DNA of 64,000 bases from Bacteroidaceae bacterium (lineage in GTDB: Bacteria; Bacteroidota; Bacteroidia; Bacteroidales; Bacteroidaceae). The DNA lies in the NCBI GenBank assembly GCA_017542145.1, contig JAFXXQ010000019.1, forward strand, positions 4,669-68,668. The letters run 5' to 3'. The position numbers were made by a program, and so were the translations under genes. Shown here piece by piece: positions 18,492-28,212 of the stretch. Below the pieces are notes generated by a model, which was given only the letters and a program-made list of their open reading frames with translations, ran no database searches and was not told the DNA's origin. How positions within the stretch are numbered: the first letter of the stretch is position 1; every line of letters starts with the position of its first letter.

Positions 18492-20030
18492 CTATTTCGC
18501 TACAGCGACGGAGCGGACTTCGCGGATGACGGTGATTTTCACCTGTCCGGGATAGGTCATCTCGTCCTGAATCTTCTTGGCGATTTCGCCGGAGAGGGCT
18601 TCGGTAGTAGCATCGTCAATCTTGTCGGCACCGACGATGACGCGGAGTTCGCGTCCTGCCTGAATGGCGTAGGTCTTCGTGACGCCGGGGTAGGACATAG
18701 CGATGTCCTCAAGGTCGTTGAGACGCTTAATGTAGGCCTCGGCGATCTCGCGACGTGCGCCGGGACGTGCGCCACTGATGGCATCACACGCCTGAACGAT
18801 GGGGGCGAGCAAGGACGTCATCTCCACTTCGTCGTGGTGGGCGCCGATAGCGTTGCAAATATCGGGCTTCTCCTTGTACTTCTCGGCAATCTTCATACCG
18901 TAGAGGGCGTGTGGCAGGTCGGTATCCTCATCGGGTACCTTACCGATGTCGTGGAGCAGTCCAGCACGCTTGGCCTTCTTGGGGTTGAGTCCGAGCTCGG
19001 CAGCCATAACGCCGCAGAGGTTAGCCGTTTCGCGTGCGTGCTGCAGAAGGTTCTGCCCATAGCTGGAGCGGTATTTCATTTTACCTACCAAGCGGATGAG
19101 GTCGGGATGCAAACCATGTACGCCGAGGTCGATGGTAGTACGCTTACCCGTCTCGACGATCTCCTCCTCAAGCTGCTTCTGCACCTTGGCAACAACCTCT
19201 TCGATGCGTGCAGGATGGATGCGTCCGTCGGCTACCAGCTGATGGAGGGCCAGACGAGCCGTTTCACGGCGCAGGGGGTCGAAGCCGCTGATAACGATAG
19301 CCTCAGGGGTGTCATCGACGACGATTTCCACGCCACAGGCCGCTTCGAGGGCGCGGATGTTTCGTCCCTCACGCCCGATGATGCGCCCCTTCATCTCATC
19401 GTTCTCGATGTGGAAGACGGTGACGCTGTTTTCAATGGCAGTTTCCGTAGCGATGCGCTGGATGGTCTGGATAACGATGCGCTTGGCTTCCTTGTTGGCG
19501 GAGAGCTTGGCCTCCTCAATGATTTCGTTGACGTAGGAGGCAGCGTCGGACTTGGCCTCTTCCTTGAGCGACTCCACGAGGCGTTCCTTGGCCTGATCGG
19601 CAGAGAGCCCGCTGATGGACTCGAGCTTCACGCGCTCTTGCTGCTGCAGGTGCTCCAGTTCTTCCTTACGGTGCTCAACCACCTGTAGCTGGTTGTCAAG
19701 GGTTTCGCGGATAGCGTCAGCCTCCTTGCTACGGCGCTGTAGTTCTTCCTGGCGCTGGTTGAGCTGCTGCTCGCGCTGCTTGATGCGGTTCTCAGCCTGC
19801 TGGATTTTCTGGTTGCGGATGCCCACTTCCTTCTCCAGCTCGGCTTTCTTGTTGAGGAATTTCTCCTTCACTTCGAGGAGCTTGTTCTTTTTGATGACTT
19901 CGGCCTCGGCTTCTGCTTCCTTGATGACGGCCTTGTACTTCGATTTCGAGCCGGCAAGGAAAATGAAATACACGATGAGTGCACCCACTACCAGACCGAC
20001 TACGGCTGCAATTATCACTGTTGCTGTCAT
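18492..20030 (-). CDS. rny: ribonuclease Y
   Basis: N-terminal TM helix, long coiled coil, KH domain, HD domain (LLHDIGK). Confidence 0.95.
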   Translation of the reverse strand: MTATVIIAAVVGLVVGALIVYFIFLAGSKSKYKAVIKEAEAEAEVIKKNKLLEVKEKFLNKKAELEKEVGIRNQKIQQAENRIKQREQQLNQRQEELQRRSKEADAIRETLDNQLQVVEHRKEELEHLQQQERVKLESISGLSADQAKERLVESLKEEAKSDAASYVNEIIEEAKLSANKEAKRIVIQTIQRIATETAIENSVTVFHIENDEMKGRIIGREGRNIRALEAACGVEIVVDDTPEAIVISGFDPLRRETARLALHQLVADGRIHPARIEEVVAKVQKQLEEEIVETGKRTTIDLGVHGLHPDLIRLVGKMKYRSSYGQNLLQHARETANLCGVMAAELGLNPKKAKRAGLLHDIGKVPDEDTDLPHALYGMKIAEKYKEKPDICNAIGAHHDEVEMTSLLAPIVQACDAISGARPGARREIAEAYIKRLNDLEDIAMSYPGVTKTYAIQAGRELRVIVGADKIDDATTEALSGEIAKKIQDEMTYPGQVKITVIREVRSVAVAK

Positions 20031-20093
20031 GTTACTTTTTTTGTTTGTTTCTGCCTATGGCAGAGGTTTATGGATTTTTTTGTTTAAGGGGTT

Positions 20094-20414
20094 CTATGGG
20101 TTTTGAGGTTCCTGTTTCTCTTGCGGTTCGTCCGCGAGGTAATCTGTCAGCAGGCTGATGGACTGCTGGAGGCGTTCGGCGAAGGGGGCGGTGTCGTTGT
20201 CGTGCCGATGCTCCATGTTCATGTAGCTGAAGTGGAGGGCAACCATAGCCAGATACTGCTCCTTGCTGAGCCCCGGGAAGGTTTCGCGATAGCGGTTCAG
20301 CATGTCGTTGATGTGGCGTGCGGCATCGCGGTAGAGCTGTTCGTCAGCACGGTTGATGCGCAGGGGATAGTTCGCGTCGCCTATCAGCAGTTTGATTCTC
20401 AGTTTGTCGTCCAT
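20094..20414 (-). CDS. zapA: cell division protein ZapA
   Basis: Small ZapA-like protein (LRIKLLIGDANYPLRINRADEQLYRDAARHIN) immediately upstream of rny, as is usual in Bacteroidales. Confidence 0.8.
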   Translation of the reverse strand: MDDKLRIKLLIGDANYPLRINRADEQLYRDAARHINDMLNRYRETFPGLSKEQYLAMVALHFSYMNMEHRHDNDTAPFAERLQQSISLLTDYLADEPQEKQEPQNP

Positions 20415-20464
20415 CGTCTGCGAGGTTGAGGTTTCTTTATACCTTAATTATATAGGGCTTTCCG

Positions 20465-20761
20465 CTATGCATTGAGCAGGGCGATGCAATGATCCACTTC
20501 ACGCACCAACCGCGCAATTCTGTCGCGTGTATCGCTGACGTCCTCCATGTCGATGCCTTCGAGCACGCGGCTTGTCTTCAGGTTGAGGTACGACTGTTCC
20601 AGCGCGGCATAGTCCTCGCGCGCTTTCGTCAGGTCGGCACTGACGGTATCGAGACGGGCACGCAGCTCAAGGTTCTCAGCCTTGAGGGCGTCGTGCCGTC
20701 CGATGAGCTGGTGCAGTTTCTCTTCGAAGGCGTCAAATAGGATTTCGTCGTCGCGCGTCAT
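20465..20761 (-). CDS. coiled-coil protein (ZapB-like position)
   Basis: 98-aa heptad-rich ORF upstream of zapA; no motif recognised. Confidence 0.55.
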   Translation of the reverse strand: MTRDDEILFDAFEEKLHQLIGRHDALKAENLELRARLDTVSADLTKAREDYAALEQSYLNLKTSRVLEGIDMEDVSDTRDRIARLVREVDHCIALLNA

Positions 20762-20808
20762 ACATTCCTTTCCTTACGATTTGCAAATTGTCAAATCGTA
20801 AATCCGTT

Positions 20809-21450
20809 TCATTTTTTCTTCTCGTCGGGCTGCTGGGCGGGGCGTTTCTCCTTCTTGGCAAGGCGGACGACGTTGTAGACGAATTCCGTCATCCAGTCAG
20901 CCGAATAGCCCAGCTGCTGCTGCAGCTGGCGCACGATGCCCACGGTCTTGTACGTCGCCTCGTCCTTCCACTTGTTCTTGGTGAGGATGTCGGTGATGGT
21001 CTGCTCCGTGAGGGCGTGAAGGGCTTTCTTCATGAAGCCGGGCGTGCGGAACTTCCACTTCATCAGGTTGCCCACGAGCATCATCAGGTTCTCGTTGAAC
21101 TGCTGGAAGCGGAAGAAGTAGCCGTTGACATCGTTGATGTTGCGGCAGTTCTTCTTGATGGACGTGTCGATTTCCTTGAAGAAGCCGTCACTGATGCCGT
21201 AGAGTTGCATTAGCATCTTGCGGCAGTGCGACTTTTCTGCCAGGCCGAGCTTGTTATTCTGTGTAGGAATCTTCAGCGAGCGCTTGAACATGGCGAGGTC
21301 GGGCAGCATGTTGATGTTGGTGATGCCGATGTTCGACGCCATGACGGCCTGGTAGTACACTCGGATGAGCACCATGAAATCCTCCATGGTGCCCACCTTG
21401 ATTTTCTCTTCGGCATTCTTCTTGCCGAACAATCTGGTGAACAGGTTCAT
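20809..21450 (-). CDS. hypothetical protein
   Basis: 213-aa ORF with protein-like composition and a Lys-rich C-terminus; family not recognised. Confidence 0.6.
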   Translation of the reverse strand: MNLFTRLFGKKNAEEKIKVGTMEDFMVLIRVYYQAVMASNIGITNINMLPDLAMFKRSLKIPTQNNKLGLAEKSHCRKMLMQLYGISDGFFKEIDTSIKKNCRNINDVNGYFFRFQQFNENLMMLVGNLMKWKFRTPGFMKKALHALTEQTITDILTKNKWKDEATYKTVGIVRQLQQQLGYSADWMTEFVYNVVRLAKKEKRPAQQPDEKKK

Positions 21451-21475
21451 TTCTTATTTTCCTTCTTCTTTCGTT

Positions 21476-22462
21476 TTACTCCCACTCGATGGTGCCGGTG
21501 GGTTTGGGCGTCAGGTCGAAGAGGACACGGTTGACGCCTTTCACCTCGGAAACGATGCGGGCGGTGATGTGCTGGAGTAAATCAAAGGGAACGGGTTCAA
21601 CGGTTGCAGTCATCGCATCGCGGGTGTTCACCGCACGGATGATGACGGGCCACTCCCACGAGCGCATGTCGTTCTTGACGCCTGTGGAGCGGAAGTCGGG
21701 GACAATGGTGAAGTACTGCCATACCTTGCCCTCGAGGCCGTTCTTGGCGAACTCCTCGCGCAGGATGGCATCCGACTCGCGCACGGCCTCCAGTCTGTCG
21801 CGGGTGATGGCACCCGTGCAGCGCACACCCAGTCCGGGACCGGGGAAAGGCTGGCGATAGACCATATTGTCAGGCAGTCCGAGGGCCTTGCCTACGACGC
21901 GTACCTCGTCCTTGAAGAGCAGCTTGATGGGTTCGACGAGCTCGAACTTCAGGTCGTCGGGCAGTCCGCCCACGTTATGGTGGCTCTTGACGGGGCCGCT
22001 CTCCACGATGTCGGGATAGATAGTGCCTTGGGCGAGGAACTCGATGCCCTCGAGTTTGCGGGCTTCCTCCTCGAAAACGCGGATAAACTCCGAGCCGATG
22101 ATCTTGCGCTTCTGCTCGGGGTCGGCAACGCCGGCAAGTTTGTCGAGGAAACGGTCCACGGCATCCACGTAGATGAGGTTGGCATTCATTTCGCCGCGGA
22201 ACACGCTGATGACCTGTTCGGGCTCGCCCTTGCGCAGCAGGCCGTGGTTGACGTGTACACACACGAGCTGCTGTCCGACGGCCTTGATGAGCAGGGCTGC
22301 CACGACAGACGAATCGACGCCTCCGCTCAGCGCCAGCAACACTTTCTTATTACCGATCTGGGCACGCAGGGCACCCAGTTGTTCCTCTATGAATTTCTCT
22401 GCCAGAGCCGGCGTGGTGATGCGCACCATGTCGGCAGGACGGACGTTACCTGATGTTGTCAT
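21476..22462 (-). CDS. guaA: GMP synthase ATP-pyrophosphatase/dimerisation unit, lacking the glutamine amidotransferase domain
   Basis: PP-loop SGGVDSS, KSHHNVGGLP, C-terminal ...TGTIEWE. Only 328 aa, with no GATase ORF adjacent. Confidence 0.85.
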   Translation of the reverse strand: MTTSGNVRPADMVRITTPALAEKFIEEQLGALRAQIGNKKVLLALSGGVDSSVVAALLIKAVGQQLVCVHVNHGLLRKGEPEQVISVFRGEMNANLIYVDAVDRFLDKLAGVADPEQKRKIIGSEFIRVFEEEARKLEGIEFLAQGTIYPDIVESGPVKSHHNVGGLPDDLKFELVEPIKLLFKDEVRVVGKALGLPDNMVYRQPFPGPGLGVRCTGAITRDRLEAVRESDAILREEFAKNGLEGKVWQYFTIVPDFRSTGVKNDMRSWEWPVIIRAVNTRDAMTATVEPVPFDLLQHITARIVSEVKGVNRVLFDLTPKPTGTIEWE

Positions 22463-22620
22463 GTTTCCTTTTTCTTTACCTTAAATTACTTTTTTTGAAA
22501 GAAGGATGAAAAACAAAGTGTGTGTGCCTTGTATGCCCTGCAGAGCCGTGGCGTCCACGCCTCTGCCATGGGCAAAGCTAACTATACTTCATTTTTCATT
22601 CTCCTTTCCTTTTCTCCTTT

Positions 22621-23085
22621 TTATTTATCTGCCTGTTTTTTCAGCAGGTCGCGGATTTCGCCGAGCAGCACTTCCTCCTTCGTGGGTTCGGGAGCAGGTG
22701 CAGCGGCAGCAGCAGCGGCGGCAGCGGCCTCCTCGGCAGCCTTCTTCTTGGCGTTCATCTTGGCGATGGCGCGGATGACAAGGAAGATGGAGAAGGCGAT
22801 GATGAGGAAGTCAACCACTGTCTGGATGAAGTTGCCGTAGTTGAGGGCGGCTTCAGCGATTTCCTTGCCAGCCTCGGTAGTGTATGCGGGCTTGATGACC
22901 CAGCGCAGGGTTGTGAAGTCCAGTCCGCCCATCAGTGCACCGATGGCGGGCATGATGACATCGCTAACCAACGATGAGACGATTTTGCCAAACGCGCCGC
23001 CAATGACCACACCGACAGCCATATCTACCACATTTCCTTTCATTGCGAAGTCCTTGAACTCCTGTAAGAATTTACTTTTTGCCAT
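22621..23085 (-). CDS. mscL: large-conductance mechanosensitive channel
   Basis: [28 protein letters not shown]. Start at ATG 23085. C-terminal tail contains a run of ten Ala. Confidence 0.9.
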   Translation of the reverse strand: MAKSKFLQEFKDFAMKGNVVDMAVGVVIGGAFGKIVSSLVSDVIMPAIGALMGGLDFTTLRWVIKPAYTTEAGKEIAEAALNYGNFIQTVVDFLIIAFSIFLVIRAIAKMNAKKKAAEEAAAAAAAAAAPAPEPTKEEVLLGEIRDLLKKQADK

Positions 23086-23195
23086 GATTTTTACTCTTTT
23101 TAAATGAAATTTCGTGCAAATATAAAAAGAAATTCTTAATTTTGCGCCGTTTTTCAGAAATAAATTTCGAAAAAGTGATTTTTTTAGTTTTATAA

Positions 23196-24212
<1,017 letters not shown>

Positions 24213-24237
24213 TCCTTCCCCACTCACATTGTCATCC

Positions 24238-24278
24238 GTAAGGCGATGCCCACTCCAGGCGTCGCCTTACTCTTTTTA
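24238..24278 (+). terminator. intrinsic terminator of gap
   Basis: GTAAGGCGA...TCGCCTTAC stem followed by TCTTTTT. Confidence 0.6.
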
Positions 24279-24435
24279 GTTCCGGCTGTCACAGCTCCTA
24301 CTGCTTGTCAGCGAAGGGCGCGGAAAAGAGCAGAATCGCTGCATCGTAAGCTATCCTATCCTCCTGAGCAGGACTCCCCCACTACTCATCACGAGCAGCG
24401 GGGAAATCAGCAGAAGCACCCCCACTAAACAAGCA

Positions 24436-24458
24436 GAGGCGCGGCATTGCCGCGCCTC
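24436..24458. terminator. GC-rich perfect palindrome downstream of the convergent 879-aa gene
   Basis: GAGGCGCGGCA-T-TGCCGCGCCTC. Confidence 0.4.
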
Positions 24459-24495
24459 AAAGAAAGAGTAAGCAAATGAAAAAAGGGAGAGGGAG

Positions 24496-27135
24496 TTATT
24501 TGTTGATAATCGGCACACCGTCGGGAGTGAGACCTTGGGCGGAAATGGTGAGGGCGCGGGAATAACCGTTGTTATAGAAAGAAACGGAGGCGTGGCCATC
24601 GGCATCGGTAGTGACTTCGGGATTCCAGTAAATGGTGCGGCGGTAGTCCTTGTCGCCTGGAATAGGACCATTTGGATAGGTGGGGGCGTAGAACTCCACA
24701 ACGGGACTATAGCCTGTAAAGGTTGTATGGCGGGAGTTCTTGGTGGTGATTTTGCGGGTAGTCTTCTCATGTAGCCGTATCTCCACTACGTAGGCACCGC
24801 CATCTTTTTGTAGGACTTCCATTATAGTTTCTATCGGTATAAACTGTTGCACTACGGGAATGACAAAGAAATCGCTACGTTTGTTGTAGAAGATAACACT
24901 CTTCACCCTTTCCATGTCAATGTCCCAGGCTCTTTTATATCTAACTAAATGTTTGCCTCTAATGGGAATATAAAAGGTTCGTAGTGCTCGGTATTTTCCA
25001 TCCTCGTAGTCAATTTCGTATCCTTTTTCCTTGAGGTAGTCCCACACTTTGTAGGTGTATTGTCCTTCGTCCAAAAGGAGTTCCGTATCTTTGTCGGCAT
25101 CGTAGGCCTTGAAGGTGGCAAAGTCGATGTATCTGCGTCGACCCTGCACTTCCACTTCCTGCAGGGCGTGGGCATCGGTGGGCAAGGCGAACGTGTCCTC
25201 TTCTTCTTCAAGTATTTCGATGTCGGAAGCGTTCCATACATAGTCGGGGATATACGTCTCAATGGGCTGATAGGCATGAAGGGCGGGAACAGAGGAGCGT
25301 TCGAGCCTCATGCGGGTGGTATTCTTTTCTTTTCCCTTCTCCTGCTGCTTGGTCTGGATGAAAAGCGCCCATTCACCTTCGAAGTCATCAACGCCTACAC
25401 TCCAGTAACCGAGACTGTCCGTAGTGACGATGGCGTGCTGCTTTTTGTCGCGGTCGGGGGAGTAAAGGTTGATGCCCACCTTAACGTTTGCCAAAGGGAC
25501 TTCTTTGTAGCGACTGAACGCCCAGCCGTCAATCACGAGCTGGCTCTCCGTATAATGACGGATTTCGAACGGCTCCACCCCTGCCATCTGCCGCCAGTTA
25601 TACCGTGTCCAGCCCTGCACGAGCATGAGAAGGTCGAGAGCCTGAAGCCTCCCCCCTAAAGGAGTAGCCTCCCCCTCCCCTCCTGAAGGAGGGGTGACTT
25701 GATTACCTCCGCTCGCCGCTCCCTTCCCTTCAGGGGAGGGTTGGGGTGAGGCTCCAAAGTACCACCCCGGTTCTTCTATCAATCCTTTCAGTTCGGAGGA
25801 GAGGAGCATATAGGTGCGGATGTCGTCGCGATAGGCGGTGCCATAGTCAGCCGCATCGCGCACAGCAAGCGAAAATGTCGCCGGCTTGTTGACTCGTCGA
25901 CTCGTTAACTTGTTGACATTTAAATTCAGCCTTATTTCGTCGAAGGGGTGGATGTCGGCTTTCTCGGCAGTAACGGAAACGGTTTCGGTGGGGATGCCGT
26001 TGTCGATAAAGAGCAGGCGCTGGGCATAGATGGCGCCGTCAGCATCGAAGAGGGTGAGCTGATGGACACCCGTGGGAAGGGATGCGGTAGCGATAGAGCG
26101 GGTGCAGCCTCGCGTGCCGATGGTAAGCGTATCCACAACGTGGCACTTCCCCTGCGAGGTGAGGGTATAGCCCAGCAGTTTAGTCGATGGACTTCCCGCA
26201 GCAGCAAAGTTGACGATTAGACTGTCTCCACCCGTTGAGCTTCGCTCGTTGACCCGTTGACTCGTTGACCCCATTATTTGAAGCGTGCATCCTTCCGGCT
26301 CAGGCTTGGGCAAGGTGAAGGTATGACTCTTCCCTCCATAGATGGCTCTCAACCGTTGCGTCTTTTCCCCTGGCGTGAAAGTGAAACTGCCCATGCCGTT
26401 GTGCTGGAGGGGAATGGAGAGGTTGTTCCCGTCGGCATCCGTCAGGGCTTCGATGCTGACGCCATGCCCATGCTTATCAGTAGCCTTGAAGGCGATGCGA
26501 CAGGGAAGACCGCTGATGAGGTGACCTCCTTCGGGATAGAAACCGATGTTGAGTTTGTCCAACTTTTCCGAGCGCTTCGGGTCTGGACGGTTCACTTCGT
26601 GGTAAGTGTACCGCTCCATGACGGGGTCATCGTATTCGCCCTCCTTCTCGGGAGCCTTATAGACGGGGATGACGCGCGAGAAGACGCCGGCATCGTCGAA
26701 GTTAAGCATGGCGCGGGTGTAGGCGCGGATCTGGTAGTAACCGCTGGGGTAGCCGATGGCACCGCGCATCTCTACGGCCTCCTTTACGCCATTGTCAATG
26801 AGAGTGAACGAGCCGTGACAACGCCCGTCAACCACCTTCAGTTTTTGCTGCTTCAACACCACACCCGTCGGCGAGAGCAACTCCACATAGAGCACCTTGC
26901 TGGCAGCCTCGCCGCCTGTAGTGGCATCCACCACGTTGGCAGCATACCAGATGGTTTCACCCTGGAAGTACGCCGTGTTGTCGAAATGAAGATAGACCTT
27001 CTCCTGCGGACAGAGGCGGTTGAAGTAGTTAATGCGGGCAGCATACGTCACTAGCTGAGCCACGTCGCCCTCCGTCTGCGCCATAAGCGTAGCGCAAACA
27101 GAGAACAAAATGGAGAAGAAAGAAAAAAACTTCAT
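24496..27135 (-). CDS. large secreted protein with MG2/alpha-2-macroglobulin-like N-terminal region; function unknown
   Basis: Signal peptide MKFFSFFSILFSVCATLMAQ. YVELLSPTGVVLKQQKLKVVDG-type MG2 segment. Carries three short repeat insertions (see findings). Confidence 0.6.
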   Translation of the reverse strand: MKFFSFFSILFSVCATLMAQTEGDVAQLVTYAARINYFNRLCPQEKVYLHFDNTAYFQGETIWYAANVVDATTGGEAASKVLYVELLSPTGVVLKQQKLKVVDGRCHGSFTLIDNGVKEAVEMRGAIGYPSGYYQIRAYTRAMLNFDDAGVFSRVIPVYKAPEKEGEYDDPVMERYTYHEVNRPDPKRSEKLDKLNIGFYPEGGHLISGLPCRIAFKATDKHGHGVSIEALTDADGNNLSIPLQHNGMGSFTFTPGEKTQRLRAIYGGKSHTFTLPKPEPEGCTLQIMGSTSQRVNERSSTGGDSLIVNFAAAGSPSTKLLGYTLTSQGKCHVVDTLTIGTRGCTRSIATASLPTGVHQLTLFDADGAIYAQRLLFIDNGIPTETVSVTAEKADIHPFDEIRLNLNVNKLTSRRVNKPATFSLAVRDAADYGTAYRDDIRTYMLLSSELKGLIEEPGWYFGASPQPSPEGKGAASGGNQVTPPSGGEGEATPLGGRLQALDLLMLVQGWTRYNWRQMAGVEPFEIRHYTESQLVIDGWAFSRYKEVPLANVKVGINLYSPDRDKKQHAIVTTDSLGYWSVGVDDFEGEWALFIQTKQQEKGKEKNTTRMRLERSSVPALHAYQPIETYIPDYVWNASDIEILEEEEDTFALPTDAHALQEVEVQGRRRYIDFATFKAYDADKDTELLLDEGQYTYKVWDYLKEKGYEIDYEDGKYRALRTFYIPIRGKHLVRYKRAWDIDMERVKSVIFYNKRSDFFVIPVVQQFIPIETIMEVLQKDGGAYVVEIRLHEKTTRKITTKNSRHTTFTGYSPVVEFYAPTYPNGPIPGDKDYRRTIYWNPEVTTDADGHASVSFYNNGYSRALTISAQGLTPDGVPIINK
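25646..25753. repeat. GC-rich palindromic MITE-like element, copy A, inside the 879-aa CDS
   Basis: agcctcccc...cccctcctgaaggagggg...cccttcccttcagggg...ttggggtgaggct. Ends are inverted (AGCCTCCCC / GGGTGAGGCT). Translated as ASPQPSPEGKGAASGGNQVTPPSGGEGEATPLGG. Confidence 0.65.
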
Positions 27136-27241
27136 CAGCTATTTTTTATTACATCAATGATTAACGGATTAAATGCTCTCTTTTTTTGAAGGAAGCCGAA
27201 AAACTAACACTTTAATCGTTTACATTGGAACTTTTTTTTGA

Positions 27242-27814
27242 TTATTGGAAACCATCAGAATTGTAGAAATCTCTATTATTATCGCCTAATTCAAATACTA
27301 ACACGTTATTGTCAATATATTGGGATGTCGGAAAAATCTTCACATTAAATGTGGTATATGAAGACCTTTCTGTTTTTTCTCGTCCTATGATTCTTGTTTT
27401 TCTTAAGTTAACATCCGGTGGAAGTGGCAATCGGCCATTTTCGTCTGCTACTATTGTTTTTCCTTTTATTTTAACTATAGCATTTCGGAGAGGGTAATAA
27501 ATCCTCACAAATGAACCATCTTTTGCGACGAAAACATTTCCCATATTATCTAATGAATCACTATATTCTGTACTAACATTTTTTACAACTTCTTGCTCAT
27601 CTGCGGAAAATGTTATAGTTGTAAAACCAATCAACTGGTAGTCCAATTCATCAGGATTTGATCTTGTTGAAGGATAATACGAGGAAGCAATCTTTTTCTC
27701 AAATAAGACTAAGTCTTCTGTGTTTTCATGCGAGCAAAAAGAAATATTGCTATCTGTGCAAGAAACAAAAGATAAGACACTTGCTAAAACAAGCAACAAA
27801 AATAATCTTTTCAT
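27242..27814 (-). CDS. hypothetical lipoprotein (AT-rich islet)
   Basis: Lipobox LSFVSC; AT-rich codon usage unlike the flanks; no family recognised. Confidence 0.6.
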   Translation of the reverse strand: MKRLFLLLVLASVLSFVSCTDSNISFCSHENTEDLVLFEKKIASSYYPSTRSNPDELDYQLIGFTTITFSADEQEVVKNVSTEYSDSLDNMGNVFVAKDGSFVRIYYPLRNAIVKIKGKTIVADENGRLPLPPDVNLRKTRIIGREKTERSSYTTFNVKIFPTSQYIDNNVLVFELGDNNRDFYNSDGFQ

Positions 27815-27831
27815 CTTTACATGTCTAGTGA

Positions 27832-28113
27832 TTAATAATAATAATGATTAATAAAAATAAGAACTATCGAAGAAACGAAGACGAGCAAGGCCAGAATGAC
27901 GCCAATGACATTAACGGGCTTATTTGCTGTCTGAAGGTAGAACCTTGCTTTGACTCCTGTGGTAATGAGAAGGATTCCCCACAGGAAGGCAAAAGCGAAG
28001 TCAAGGATCAAGGTATTCGGCAAAAAGCCGAGACGCTCTACGATGGTTAACACCATGTAGAGAAACGAAGTGACGAGAAACGTGAAATCTGCGTTGTCCA
28101 TTGAATCGTTCAT
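27832..28113 (-). CDS. small hypothetical membrane protein (AT-rich islet)
   Basis: 93 aa from ATG 28113, with three hydrophobic helices. Confidence 0.5.
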   Translation of the reverse strand: MNDSMDNADFTFLVTSFLYMVLTIVERLGFLPNTLILDFAFAFLWGILLITTGVKARFYLQTANKPVNVIGVILALLVFVSSIVLIFINHYYY

Positions 28114-28212
28114 TTTGAATTCGCCGGCAAAGGTCGGGAATGGGGTGATAACACGCAAGTTTTTTGCGTTGCAAAAACGTGGCATTTGCTGCCGAAAAGA
28201 ATAAATGGCTGG

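Noticed and set aside
18489-19688. 399-aa ORF antisense to rny
   Set aside because: It lies entirely inside the unmistakable RNase Y gene and has the low-complexity composition typical of antisense frames.
22660-22760. GCN-repeat tract giving a ten-alanine run in the MscL C-terminal tail (a similar Ala-rich tail is in S16 at 37270-37450)
   Set aside because: Low-complexity tails on these proteins are common in this phylum. There is no evidence of function or instability from a single sequence.
24246-24428. 60-aa ORF in the gap / 879-aa gene convergent spacer
   Set aside because: It lies across two terminator-like palindromes, with no start context or coding signal.
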